A stretch of DNA of 64,000 bases from Phycisphaerae bacterium (GCA_050115495.1 JASFQK010000017.1:1-64000), one strand, 5' to 3'; shown: positions 18,082 to 27,988, counted from the first letter of the stretch. A program made the numbers and translations. Notes: generated by a model from the sequence alone, not told the origin.

Positions 18082-18621
18082 TCAACTTCTGTCGCCTTGC
18101 GAATCCGTGGCCGACGACACACCATTGGGGCCGCCGGACCCGCGCAGGGCTTCCAAATCACGCTGCACGGCCGCCCGTCGCTGCGAATCGGGCACGCTCA
18201 CGGTCAGCTCGCGCCTCTGCTCGCCGGCGTGGTTCAGCTCGACCGTCCACGCCGTCGGCGGGAGCACGCCCGGCACGCGATCCGCCCACTCGACAGCGAC
18301 CACCCCCGCCGAATCCGCGAGCATCTCGTCGATGCCCAGGCTCAGCAAATCGTCGGCCCCGCCCAGGCGGTAGGCGTCGAGGTGGTACAGCCTTAAACGT
18401 CCGATATATTCGCGAACCAGCACGAAGGTCGGGCTGACCACTGGCTCGTCGGCGGCGACACCAAGCCCCGCCGCCAGCCCCTTCACAAGCTGCGTTTTTC
18501 CCGAGCCCAGCTCTCCAAGCAACGCCAGCGCGTCCCCGCCGCACAGGTGCCGCCCCAAGACCCGGCCGAAGGCGAACGTGTGGTCGGGGCTAGTCGACTG
18601 CCAGCGGAAATCGCCGCTCAC
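18082..18621 (-). CDS. tsaE: tRNA threonylcarbamoyladenosine biosynthesis ATPase
   Basis: GELGSGKT, VSPTFVLVREY, HLDAYRL, VEWAD. Confidence 0.95.
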   Translation of the reverse strand: MSGDFRWQSTSPDHTFAFGRVLGRHLCGGDALALLGELGSGKTQLVKGLAAGLGVAADEPVVSPTFVLVREYIGRLRLYHLDAYRLGGADDLLSLGIDEMLADSAGVVAVEWADRVPGVLPPTAWTVELNHAGEQRRELTVSVPDSQRRAAVQRDLEALRGSGGPNGVSSATDSQGDRS

Positions 18622-19571
18622 CGGAAGTGCTCCCAGCCCCGCCGCTCAATCGGGTGTTCGTTGCCCCGTTCCAGCAGAACCAGCCCCTCCGAACGATCGA
18701 TCCGCCCCAGCGGCAGCAGACCGAGAGCGGCGGCATCACGCTCGGGCACTGCCGACGGCAGCACGACGATCAGCTCGAAATCCTCGCCGTCGTAGAGGGC
18801 GTGCTCGCGGGCGGATCGGCCGTCCTGGCTCGCGAGAGTGTGGGCATCGGCGTGCGTGGCGGCGTCGAGCGAAGCGGCGTCGACCGTCGCCCCGCAGCCC
18901 GACGCCTCCAACACGCGCCATAGATCGATGGCCAGCCCATCACTCACGTCGATCATCGCTCCCGGCCGCAGCGTGCGGTTGATGGCCAGAGCCGTCTCGA
19001 TCCGCGGCTCGAACCGCATATGCCGGCCCAGCAGCGAACCGCCGAGTGGGCCGGTGACGTAGATGCGATCGCCGAGGCGAGCCCCGTCGCGGCACACGGG
19101 CCGGCGTCCCGGTTCGGGCCGGGCGGCTACGGTGATGCTGATGACGGTCGGGGCTGCCCAGCTATTGGTGTCGCCGCCGACAATCGGGCAACCGTAGCGC
19201 AGGCCAAGATCCCGGGCGCCGTCGTGCAGGGCGAGGGCGTCGTCGAGCGAAAGCGTGTCGTTCAGCGAGACGGCGCACAACGCCGCCACCGGCTGGGCCG
19301 CCATCGCCGCACAATCGCTGAGATTGACGCCCATGGCCTTGCGACCGATATCGTGCCAGGAATGGCGGGCGGACTCGAAATCGACGCCGTCCATAAGCAT
19401 GTCCACGGTCCACAGCAGCGGCGTCTCGCCGGGAGCGAGCAGGGCCATGTCGTCCACGAGGTCCTGGGGCAGGCCGGGCGGGACGGCGGGACGATCGAGC
19501 CGGGCCCGCAGTCGCCGGATCAGCTCGGTCTCGCTCTTGTTCACAGGGACGCCGGACATGGACTCCTCCAC
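18618..19571 (-). CDS. thiL: Thiamine-monophosphate kinase
   Basis: DDMA, NLSDCAAMAA, GGDT, MIDVSDGL, GEDFEL, C-terminal GWEHF. Confidence 0.95.
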   Translation of the reverse strand: MEESMSGVPVNKSETELIRRLRARLDRPAVPPGLPQDLVDDMALLAPGETPLLWTVDMLMDGVDFESARHSWHDIGRKAMGVNLSDCAAMAAQPVAALCAVSLNDTLSLDDALALHDGARDLGLRYGCPIVGGDTNSWAAPTVISITVAARPEPGRRPVCRDGARLGDRIYVTGPLGGSLLGRHMRFEPRIETALAINRTLRPGAMIDVSDGLAIDLWRVLEASGCGATVDAASLDAATHADAHTLASQDGRSAREHALYDGEDFELIVVLPSAVPERDAAALGLLPLGRIDRSEGLVLLERGNEHPIERRGWEHFR

Positions 19572-19734
19572 ACACGCAGCTACTATCAGAATATGTCAGT
19601 TTGTGTCGGAATGGCAACGGGGGACCGCCCTGGGCGTGGCCGAGCGGCGGATGCCGTTGCCTCTCTGCGGGAAAGGACGATACACTACGTGGGGGGTGGA
19701 TGGGATTCTAACGGGCTCTGACACAGGTGTGCTG

Positions 19735-21105
19735 ATGACGAAGAGAACGTTTCCGTTGCTGGCGTTGCTGGCCTTCGCGTTGCTGATCTGGCTTCCGGCG
19801 ACTGCCTCGGCCCAGGACCTGGGCGAGCAACGCGTGCAGGACATGAACGGGCGGTGGTACCAGGGCCAGGTGGAAGAAGTGTCCGACGGCTACCGCATCA
19901 AGATGAGCAACGGCATCACCGTCAAGCTGCGCAAGGGCGAAGTGAAGACGATGATCCCGGTCGAGGAGGGGCGGTCGGAGGAGTCCTCGCCCGGTACGCC
20001 GGAGGCGGCGGAGAACTCGTTCCGCCGCTACGTCGCGGACGATGAGATCGAAGAGCTGCTGACCGACATCACGATCGATGAGAGCGACATTACGGACGCC
20101 GGCGGCGACGCGTTTGCAGAACTGCCGGTGGACGAATTCTCGCTGGAAGAGATGAAGCGGCTGGCCGGGCCGGAGGCGCAGGTGCTGACGACCGACCACG
20201 TGCTGCTGGTCTACACGGCCAAGGACGACGAGGCGCGGCGTCTGTGTGCGCGGCTGGAGCGCGTGTGGGACTGGAACATGCGCTACATGAAGATGCTGGA
20301 CGTGCCGATGACGGTCCCCGATCACAAGCTCGAGGTGTATTTCTTCGGCTCACAGAAGGAATTCGACGCCTACCAGACGAACATCGGCGGGAATCCGACG
20401 CACAACGTGCTGGGCTTCTTCCGGCCAGACAACAATCGCTCGGCCTTCTTCGACCTGCACGATTGGGCCTATCTCGAAGGTGCCCGTCGGGCCATCGAGA
20501 ACAAGAATACGCCCTACAAGGAGCGGCAGCGTCTGAGGAACCTCGTCCGCCGTTGGGTCGAGTACCAGAACATGCAGGTGGTCCAGCACGAGACCGGCCA
20601 TCACATCCACTTCAACATCAACCTGTTCCCGGCAGACGTGTTCATGAACTCGGAGAGCCAGGCCAGCCTGCCGGTGTGGCTCGTCGAGGGCACGACGATG
20701 ATGTTCGAGGTGCCGCCGACGCGATCCGGGGCCAGCCTGGGGGCGATCAACCAGGGCCGGCTGCACGAATTCCGGAAGTACTACATGCACCACCAGTTCT
20801 CCCCGGACTGGGTGAAGGCGTTCATCCTGGAGAACGGTGTGTGGTACGCCGGCGGCGGATCGTCCTATCCGCTCGGCTGGGCGATGGTGTACTACCTTTT
20901 CAAGGAGCACCGGCCCGAGTTCGCCAAGTACGTGCGGATCATCGCCGCCCGCGAGCCCGGTGTGGAGATCAGCTACACGCAGCGCGAGCGCGAATTCGAA
21001 GACTGCTTCGGCCGGATCGACGAGGAGTGGGTCAGCAACTGGTACGAGTTCCTCAGAAACCTGCCCTATAAGCCCAGCGAAACGCCGCCGGAACTCTTCC
21101 CTTGA
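19735..21105 (+). CDS. Secreted DUF1570-type putative zinc metallopeptidase
   Basis: Signal peptide (ASA-Q); QHETGHHIH (HExxH) and PVWLVEG; YPLGWAMVYYL. Confidence 0.75.
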   Translation: MTKRTFPLLALLAFALLIWLPATASAQDLGEQRVQDMNGRWYQGQVEEVSDGYRIKMSNGITVKLRKGEVKTMIPVEEGRSEESSPGTPEAAENSFRRYVADDEIEELLTDITIDESDITDAGGDAFAELPVDEFSLEEMKRLAGPEAQVLTTDHVLLVYTAKDDEARRLCARLERVWDWNMRYMKMLDVPMTVPDHKLEVYFFGSQKEFDAYQTNIGGNPTHNVLGFFRPDNNRSAFFDLHDWAYLEGARRAIENKNTPYKERQRLRNLVRRWVEYQNMQVVQHETGHHIHFNINLFPADVFMNSESQASLPVWLVEGTTMMFEVPPTRSGASLGAINQGRLHEFRKYYMHHQFSPDWVKAFILENGVWYAGGGSSYPLGWAMVYYLFKEHRPEFAKYVRIIAAREPGVEISYTQREREFEDCFGRIDEEWVSNWYEFLRNLPYKPSETPPELFP

Positions 21106-22202
21106 CCGTCAGCGGCTGGCTGGCCGCAGTCCTGCTTCCGCTGCTGCTGATCAGCGCGGCGGGCATGCCCGGTGAACGCCCTGCGAAGCTCGCCGCCGAC
21201 GGCGCCGTCGCCAGTCGGCCGGTTACGCCTGCCATCCTCGTGAGGCCGCTGCCCGCGGACGACGAGGCCGTCGAGCGATTGCGGGGGCGAGTCGGCGACG
21301 CGGCACGCACGCTCGTGACCGATCACTTCGTCCTGGTGCACACCACCTCCGAGCAGACGGCCCGCGCAGTCACGCGGCGACTGGAAGCCGTGTACCTGGC
21401 CAACGTGCGGATGGTCGTGGCCCTCGGGCTGGAGGTGCAGAAACCCACCGATAAACTGGCCGTCGTGCTGCACGGCTCGTATGACGAGTTCCGGGCCGCC
21501 CAGCGGGCGGCCGGCTCCACCGAGGAGGACGTCCTGGGGTTCTACGCCCCGGATGAGGACTGCTCGTATTTCTTCGATTTGACGACGTATCCGCCGATCG
21601 TGCGGCTGCACGACGAGCTGTCTCGCGCTGCTGTCTTTGACGACGAGGCGTATCGCCGGCTGCGTCTGCGGGTCGCACAACGTACTGAGCTGCTGGCCGA
21701 GCAGGTGATCCAGCACGAGGCAGCGCACCATGTGCACCGCCGGCTACGCCTGTTCGGCGCACCGGACCGGGCCCCGACGTGGCTGGTCGAGGGGCTGGCG
21801 CAGCTCTTCGAGCTGCCCTTCGTCGAACGGGGCGCTTCACTTCCGCTATCCACGAATCGCTACCGGCTGCTCGAATTCTCGAGGCTGTACGGCGACGCCC
21901 CGGATCTGCCGGGGGACATCCGGCGAATCGTGGCCGGTAACGGAGACTGGCGCGGCGCCGGCGACTACGCCCTGAGCTGGGCCCTGACGGACTACCTCTA
22001 CAAGCGGCAGCGACAACGGCTGGAGACGTATCTGCGTCTGGTGGCCGCCGGCGAGCGGTCTGCCACGGAGGACCCGCAGGCGGTCTTCGAGCAGGCGTTC
22101 GGGCCGGTGGACGAGGCGTTCGTCGCGGGCCTGCGCGAGCACGTGAGCCGCGTACGAGCACGCTACGCCCCACGCCGGCCGACGGCGGCGAAGCGTCCCT
22201 GA
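21102..22202 (+). CDS. DUF1570-type putative zinc metallopeptidase (paralog of the upstream gene)
   Basis: QHEAAHHVH, PTWLVEG, YALSWALTDYL; TTGA overlap with the upstream stop. Confidence 0.75.
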   Translation: MTVSGWLAAVLLPLLLISAAGMPGERPAKLAADGAVASRPVTPAILVRPLPADDEAVERLRGRVGDAARTLVTDHFVLVHTTSEQTARAVTRRLEAVYLANVRMVVALGLEVQKPTDKLAVVLHGSYDEFRAAQRAAGSTEEDVLGFYAPDEDCSYFFDLTTYPPIVRLHDELSRAAVFDDEAYRRLRLRVAQRTELLAEQVIQHEAAHHVHRRLRLFGAPDRAPTWLVEGLAQLFELPFVERGASLPLSTNRYRLLEFSRLYGDAPDLPGDIRRIVAGNGDWRGAGDYALSWALTDYLYKRQRQRLETYLRLVAAGERSATEDPQAVFEQAFGPVDEAFVAGLREHVSRVRARYAPRRPTAAKRP

Positions 22203-22253
22203 AGTGCGGCCGGGTGCTGTCGCCGAGCGCGTGCCGCCCGCATAATGGTCGCC

Positions 22254-23018
22254 ATGCTCACGGTCCGGCCATCGTCCTCGCGCACCCCCGCACCGCCGCG
22301 CAGAAACTCGCCCTGGCAGCGCTACGTGGAGGATACGCGCCGGCCGTTGTACTGCCTGCTGTTCCTGTTCCCCCTGGTGGCGACGTACGAGTTCGGCACG
22401 CTGATCGTGCGGCCGGAGGTCTGGCCCGAGCGGGAGCTGGTCGCCACAAGCCTGATTCGGCAACTGCTGGGCTGGTTCGGGGCACACGGCATGTGGCTGC
22501 CGGCGGCGGCTCTGCTGCTCACCCTCCTGATCTGGCACCTGCTGGAGCGTCATCCCTGGCGCGTGCGGCTGTGGGTGCTGGTGGGCATGGCGATCGAGAG
22601 CGTGGTGCTCACGGTGCCGCTGTTTGTGATGGGACAGGTGCTGATGGTGGCGGAGTCGGGCCCGAGCCCGGCGGCCCTGCGGCAGCACATCGTGCTGGCT
22701 CTGGGCGCGGGGGTCTATGAGGAGCTGGTCTTCCGGCTGTACCTCGTCGCCGGGCTGGCCCTGCTGCTGGAGACTGTCCTGCGCACGCCGCACCAGGTCA
22801 GCCGGCCGCTGGTGATCGTGCTGTCGGCGGGCGTGTTCGCCGGCTGCCACTTCCAACCGATCGGTTGCGCGTCGTTCGAGTGGAAGCACTTCGTGTTGCT
22901 GCTGCTGGGCGGGGCCTACCTGGCGTTGGTGTTTCTGGGCCGGGGGCTGGGGGTGGCCGCCGGCTGCCACGTGGCCTTCAACCTGCTACCGCTGCTCACG
23001 GCCGGCTGGCGCGGTTGA
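22254..23018 (+). CDS. CPBP (CAAX/Rce1-like) intramembrane glutamic endopeptidase
   Basis: Multiple TM segments; YEELVFR, FAGCH and GCHVAFN motifs. Confidence 0.85.
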   Translation: MLTVRPSSSRTPAPPRRNSPWQRYVEDTRRPLYCLLFLFPLVATYEFGTLIVRPEVWPERELVATSLIRQLLGWFGAHGMWLPAAALLLTLLIWHLLERHPWRVRLWVLVGMAIESVVLTVPLFVMGQVLMVAESGPSPAALRQHIVLALGAGVYEELVFRLYLVAGLALLLETVLRTPHQVSRPLVIVLSAGVFAGCHFQPIGCASFEWKHFVLLLLGGAYLALVFLGRGLGVAAGCHVAFNLLPLLTAGWRG

Positions 23019-23111
23019 CGGACCGGGGCGGCGACGAACCGATTGGGCAGAGGATGATCGGGGGCTAACGTCACAGACGAGAACACGGTGCACGCCGCGT
23101 TGTGCGGCGTG

Positions 23112-23165
23112 GAAAAGCGAAGCCGGCCGGAGATCGGATCAATCTCCGGCCGGCTGGGTTTTTCC
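23112..23165. terminator. Bidirectional rho-independent terminator between convergent genes
   Basis: Perfect 14-bp stem AGCCGGCCGGAGAT/ATCTCCGGCCGGCT (23121-23155), flanked by GAAAA and TTTTT. Confidence 0.8.
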
Positions 23166-23287
23166 TGTTTGACGCCGGCATCAGGTGGTCCGGCGTCTCA
23201 TGGATGCGATCGATTGCCGGCTTCCGGCCGGCGGGCAGGCGGCGTTTGCCGCCTGCCCGCCAACCGGTTGGCGTCGCCGATGGAACC

Positions 23288-25465
23288 TTAGAGCAGGCCC
23301 ACGAACGGCGAGATGTCGAAGTTGTTGACCGTGCCGTCTTCGTTGGCGTCGGCACAGAAGTAGTGGCCGGCCGGGTAGGCCGCCTCGAACTCCGCCTGGT
23401 CATGGAGGACGGCGTAGACGAACGGGGCGATGTCGAAGTTGTTCGCCGTACCGTCGCCGTTCACGTCGCCGAGCTCGGTCGGGCAGGGATTAGACTCGCC
23501 CGGCATCAGGCAGAAGTAGCCGTTGTAATTCGGACGGATGGTCCAGAACGGGTAGGCGGCATCCCAGGAGTAGCCGGCCACCAGGTCCGCACCGATGACC
23601 ACGGTGTTGTTGGCCCAGTACCACTGGCGGTTCGGGGAGATCCAGGCCATCTCACACATGCAGGTGATCCAGTACTTGGTACCCGCCTGCAGCGTGATGG
23701 GCGTCGCCAGGTCGGCGTGGTAGTAGAAGCTCTGGCCACTGATGTTCACGGTCGTGACACCCGCATCCGGGTAGATGAAGCTGTACAGCGCCACCGGGCG
23801 GGGATCGGTCAGGCCGTTGCCGACCGGCTTGGTGCCGGTACCGTCATCCTCCCAGAAGTGGATTTCCCAGCCAGTGACCGGCTGGTGATCCGCGTTGTTG
23901 AAGAAGCCGGACCAATCGACGGCGCCGATGGTGACGTCGCCGGTGCCGGTCAGCGTGAAGTCGTCAGCGCAGATGGCCAGGGCAGGTCCCATGAACTCCT
24001 GCGAGGCCACGCCCTGCGTGAAGTCCTCGAGGTCGGGCTGGTTCTGGTAGATCGCGTCGGTGCACGGCGGCAGCGGGGCGTCCTCACAGGTGATCACACC
24101 CATGTAGGACCACTCGCCATCCGTGCCGGGGCCGGTGCCGCAAGGCATGCCATCGGTGACCCACGGCGCGACGCGCAGGTAGTAGGTACCCGGGTTGCAG
24201 ATCTTCGAGATGGTCTGCACGGCGCAGACGGCGTCGGTCGTGACATACGGGCCAATGTAGCCGGTGAAGTCGGCGCAGTCCGCGGAGCCTTCCGGATCAA
24301 AGACACAGAAGCCCATGAACAGCGGGAACTCGGCCTCGACGTCGAAGGTCACGCTCGTACGCTCGGTGACGACGATCTTCCACCAGTCTTCGTCACGGGC
24401 GCCACCGTCGGCCCAGCAGGTACCGCAGATGGTCGCGCCGCAAGTGGTCGTCTCAAAGGCTTCCGGCGTGGCGCCGCAGCCGTTGTTGGTCGACTGGTTG
24501 CAGGGCTCGTTCTCGTTCTGACCCGTGCAGTCCACGACGCAGTTCGGGCACTCGTCGCAGGTCGCGCCAGCACCCAGCCAGACGCTCGGGGACACGCAGT
24601 CATCGGGACCGGTGATCGTGCAGGTGTAGTCCTCATGGCAGCAGGCGCCGGCCTGACCGCAAACCGGGTCGAGGTTGGCGCAGGTCGTGTAGGCGACCCA
24701 GCGGGTGCCACCGAGCTCGATGCAGGAGACCTCGTCCCAGTCGTCGACGCACTGCGGCGGATTCGTGGTGTCGAAGCAGCAGGCGCCCAGCGGCTCGGTG
24801 TTGGTGTACAGCTCGAGGGACAGACCGGAATACAGCTCCGGGCCGAACCACACGTTGTTGCAGTTGTAGTTGTCCGGGGGATCCGCCGGCTCGCCGATGC
24901 GGTTCTCGGTGAAACCGAGCTCGGCTTCCTTGTTGATGCCTACGCCGGACGATTCGACGTTCGTGACGTACCGAACCCAGAAGGTCTCGGGGACAACGAC
25001 GCTCAGGGTGGTCTCCAGGTCGAGCCAGCCAACGGACGTGTTGTTCGACCAGGTGTAGGTCCAGAGCATGTTGGCGCCGGTCGTCTGCGGGCAGGCATCC
25101 CAGAACTCGATCGTCAGATCGTAGTTCGCGCCCACATCGGCGTCGCCGTAGCTGTTCACCAACACGCAGTTGATGGTGGCGCCGCCGGGCGAGACCATCT
25201 GGATGTCGTCGGCGATGTCGAGGCCGTTTCCACCCGTACCGTGGACGTACCAGCCGTCTTCGTCCTGATTCAGATAGACCGCGTAGCCGCCGCACGCACG
25301 CGAAACGGCGGTGCCGTTGTTCGCGTTGACGGCCTGATAGTCAACGTTCGCGTTCAGATGGAGGACGTTCCTCTCGACCACGACTTTCGTGGCCGGGTCC
25401 GCCGCCATGATGCCGGCACAGCAAAGGCCGACGCCCAGGACACAAAGCAGTTTTCTCATCATCAT
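23288..25465 (-). CDS. Secreted Cys-rich acidic protein with GACC repeats and C-terminal dockerin-like domain
   Basis: AAAGGAGG RBS; signal peptide; two GACC motifs; GDVNGDGTANNFDIAPFV...ADANEDGTVNNFDISPFV duplicated Ca-binding loops. Confidence 0.85.
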   Translation of the reverse strand: MMMRKLLCVLGVGLCCAGIMAADPATKVVVERNVLHLNANVDYQAVNANNGTAVSRACGGYAVYLNQDEDGWYVHGTGGNGLDIADDIQMVSPGGATINCVLVNSYGDADVGANYDLTIEFWDACPQTTGANMLWTYTWSNNTSVGWLDLETTLSVVVPETFWVRYVTNVESSGVGINKEAELGFTENRIGEPADPPDNYNCNNVWFGPELYSGLSLELYTNTEPLGACCFDTTNPPQCVDDWDEVSCIELGGTRWVAYTTCANLDPVCGQAGACCHEDYTCTITGPDDCVSPSVWLGAGATCDECPNCVVDCTGQNENEPCNQSTNNGCGATPEAFETTTCGATICGTCWADGGARDEDWWKIVVTERTSVTFDVEAEFPLFMGFCVFDPEGSADCADFTGYIGPYVTTDAVCAVQTISKICNPGTYYLRVAPWVTDGMPCGTGPGTDGEWSYMGVITCEDAPLPPCTDAIYQNQPDLEDFTQGVASQEFMGPALAICADDFTLTGTGDVTIGAVDWSGFFNNADHQPVTGWEIHFWEDDGTGTKPVGNGLTDPRPVALYSFIYPDAGVTTVNISGQSFYYHADLATPITLQAGTKYWITCMCEMAWISPNRQWYWANNTVVIGADLVAGYSWDAAYPFWTIRPNYNGYFCLMPGESNPCPTELGDVNGDGTANNFDIAPFVYAVLHDQAEFEAAYPAGHYFCADANEDGTVNNFDISPFVGLL

Positions 25466-25847
25466 GCCTCCTTTGTTTCTACCCGCGTTCCGAAAGAGAC
25501 GGGCCGCTTGAACCACCAGTCATCGTACGTGATGACCGGACATACGCCTCGGGAAAGTGACGATCGAAGGTGTCCCCCGGCAGCAGAATAAAACGGGCAC
25601 GAAGCGGACATTCCAAGGTTTGACCGGAAACCTGCAAGGAAGCCCCTGCCTGCCCCGAAGCTGCTATCCAGTCCATGTTCACATCGCCGCTATACATTAG
25701 TGCCGGCCCCCCGCCGCCCGCACCGGCATAGAGCCCATACCGTACTACGCGCACTATCTAAGCCGTACACTGGCTGTGATCGGTACACCCTGAGATAGCC
25801 TCTTTCTCCTTCCTCTCCTCTCCCAACACAACGTGAGTAACCAACGG

Positions 25848-25877
25848 AATATAACTCGCTCGGCCCGAGTGTGTCAA
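25848..25877 (-). promoter_or_regulatory. Sigma70-type promoter for the dockerin-domain gene
   Basis: TTGACA (25877-25872), 18-nt spacer, TATATT (25853-25848). Confidence 0.6.
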
Positions 25878-26127
25878 GCGCAAACATCAACGCCCAGCCC
25901 CAGTTGGTACGTGCCCTATCGAGGCGCAAATCGCCTCGGTGAACGAGAACTCTTACATCATGTCGGCTAACGCAGGTCGCGCCCTTAGGTCGTCCGAGAG
26001 GTTGCCCATGACACCAGTCGTGTACCCATAAACGAACGATATTTTCGGACCCAGCGGGACGCAGCTTGCGCCCCCGCGAGGGGCACGCAAGCCGCCTGCC
26101 TCGGCCGGCAGGCGGCGTCATCCCGGC

Positions 26128-26156
26128 TTGACGGCATCCGCCCGGCGCGCCATGCT
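26128..26156 (+). promoter_or_regulatory. Possible promoter for the TssB-TssC fusion gene
   Basis: TTGACG, 17-nt spacer, CATGCT. Confidence 0.35.
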
Positions 26157-26206
26157 CCCGCCGTACCTGACCCATCACCGTCCGAAGCCGGACTGCCGGA
26201 GGAAAC

Positions 26207-27988
26207 ATGTCCAGCGACGACAACGCCGACGTGACCATGTCCAGCGACGCCAGCACTCCGGAAACCCCGCCACGCCCGCCGTACTGCCTTGTCCACATTG
26301 CCGACTTCGCCGCGGGCGACCGGCTGGCGCAGCTTACGCCCGTCGATTGCGACAACTTCTCGGACGTGCTGCGGCAGGCCAGGCCCGAGGTGGCGGTGGC
26401 CCTGAAGCCGCCGCTGGGCGACGGTTCAGACTGGGAATTCCGGCTGACCTTCGACAGCATGGCCTCCTTCATGCCCGCGGGCCTGCTCGCGCAGATCCCG
26501 GCGGCGAAGACGCGCCTGGACTTCTGGCAGAAATTGCGCGAGCGACGCCAGGGCCGCATCGACGAGGCTGCGTTGACAGCGGCGATCGAGGCGGCGATCC
26601 AGGCCGACGGCAGTCTGGCCTGGCTGCACGCGGCGCCTTCGGCCCCTGGGGCGGCACCCGCGGCGCCCGCCGACGGCAGCATCCTCGACCTGGTTGATGC
26701 CCCGGATGAGTCCCGCCGGGTCAGCGCCGACGTCGAACGGCTGGCAGCGGACACCGAGCAGGGCTCGGCTCGCATTGGCGGCGGTGAGGCTGGTCGCCTG
26801 AACGCCTGGCAGCAACGCCTCACGCTCGAGCTGACCACGATCGCCAACGCCGTCCTCCAGCACCCTGACGTTCGCCGGATCGAGACCGCCTGGCGCGGGC
26901 TGAAGCTGCTCGTGGACCGGATCGACTTCCGGGAAGGCGTGAAGCTGTCCGTGTTATCGGCCCCGGACGACGAGTTGGCGACCCGGCTGAACGAGGGGGT
27001 GATCGAGCCCGCGTTCGCCGGCGACATTCCGACACCAGGAATGATCCTCTGCGACCGGGCGTATGAGAACACGCCGATGGACCTGGCCCTGCTGGACGAG
27101 TTGGGTCGGGCGGCGGCCAGCCTGCCAGCACCGCTGGTCTTCCCGATGTCCGTGGCGTTCTTTGGCGTGAAGAGCGCTCGGCTGTTGAAGAACCTGCCGA
27201 ATCTGTCGGGGCTGATCGACGGCTGGCAGTTCGCGAAGTGGCGTTCGCTGCGCGAGCAGCCACACGCCCGCTGGCTCGTCGGCGTCGCCGGGCGGTTCCT
27301 GCTGCGCGGGTTGCACGCCGCGACGCCGGACGCGCAGACGTTCACGTGCGCCGAGCAGGTCAGCGCCGCGTCGCAACTGGCGTGGGCCGGCGGGCACCTG
27401 GCCATGGGCGTCGCCGCAGCTCGGGCATTCGCCCGTCACGGCTGGCCGACGCGCATGTTCGGCGCTGAGGCGGGCAAGCTGGACGATTTGCCCATCGTGC
27501 CCAATCCCGCCGACGCACAGCACCCGTGGGGGCCGGGCGATATGGTGCTGCCCGACCGCCGGGTGGACGAGCTGCCGGCGATCGGCCTCAACCTGCTGCA
27601 AAGCATGCCGGGCAAGGACTTCTGCCTGCTGCTCGGGGGGATGACCGTGGCGCGGCCGATGCCGACGGCGGAGATCGGCGCGCAGCAGGCGGCGCTCGAG
27701 GTCAGCCTGTCGTACCAGCAGTTCAGCAGCGCGGTCGGAGCGTGGCTGTGCGAGCAGGTGCCGACGCTGCGCGGTCTGGACGGCGAAGAGGTGCAGCGGC
27801 GGCTGCTGTTCGGCCTGCGGGACCTGGTGGGCCTGAAGGAGGACGACGCCGAAGACGCCCTGCTCGTGGGCGTTGGGCCGGCGCCGGACGACCCCGGGCG
27901 TACGCTGGTGCAGGTGCGGATCACGCCGCCGGGGCGCATCGTCCCGGGCGGCCTGCACGTCGATTTCGGCTTTCCCTTGTCGTCGTAA
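26207..27988 (+). CDS. Type VI secretion contractile sheath protein, TssB(VipA)-TssC(VipB) fusion
   Basis: N-terminus VDCDNFSDVLRQARPEV...LTFDSMASFMPAGLLAQIP is VipA-like; VLQHPDVRRIETAWRGLKLLVDR, WRSLREQPHARW and AFARHGWP are VipB-like; GGAGG RBS. Confidence 0.8.
   Translation: MSSDDNADVTMSSDASTPETPPRPPYCLVHIADFAAGDRLAQLTPVDCDNFSDVLRQARPEVAVALKPPLGDGSDWEFRLTFDSMASFMPAGLLAQIPAAKTRLDFWQKLRERRQGRIDEAALTAAIEAAIQADGSLAWLHAAPSAPGAAPAAPADGSILDLVDAPDESRRVSADVERLAADTEQGSARIGGGEAGRLNAWQQRLTLELTTIANAVLQHPDVRRIETAWRGLKLLVDRIDFREGVKLSVLSAPDDELATRLNEGVIEPAFAGDIPTPGMILCDRAYENTPMDLALLDELGRAAASLPAPLVFPMSVAFFGVKSARLLKNLPNLSGLIDGWQFAKWRSLREQPHARWLVGVAGRFLLRGLHAATPDAQTFTCAEQVSAASQLAWAGGHLAMGVAAARAFARHGWPTRMFGAEAGKLDDLPIVPNPADAQHPWGPGDMVLPDRRVDELPAIGLNLLQSMPGKDFCLLLGGMTVARPMPTAEIGAQQAALEVSLSYQQFSSAVGAWLCEQVPTLRGLDGEEVQRRLLFGLRDLVGLKEDDAEDALLVGVGPAPDDPGRTLVQVRITPPGRIVPGGLHVDFGFPLSS

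Noticed and set aside
26074..26102. GCTTGCG-CCCCCGCGAGGGG-CACGCAAGC hairpin resembling part of a c-di-GMP-I riboswitch
   Set aside because: It lacks the GGCAAA/GA core and second stem; more likely a simple palindrome.
26207..26249. 13-nt direct repeat ATGTCCAGCGACG at the start of the sheath gene
   Set aside because: Only two copies, in-frame; at most an alternative start, not an array.
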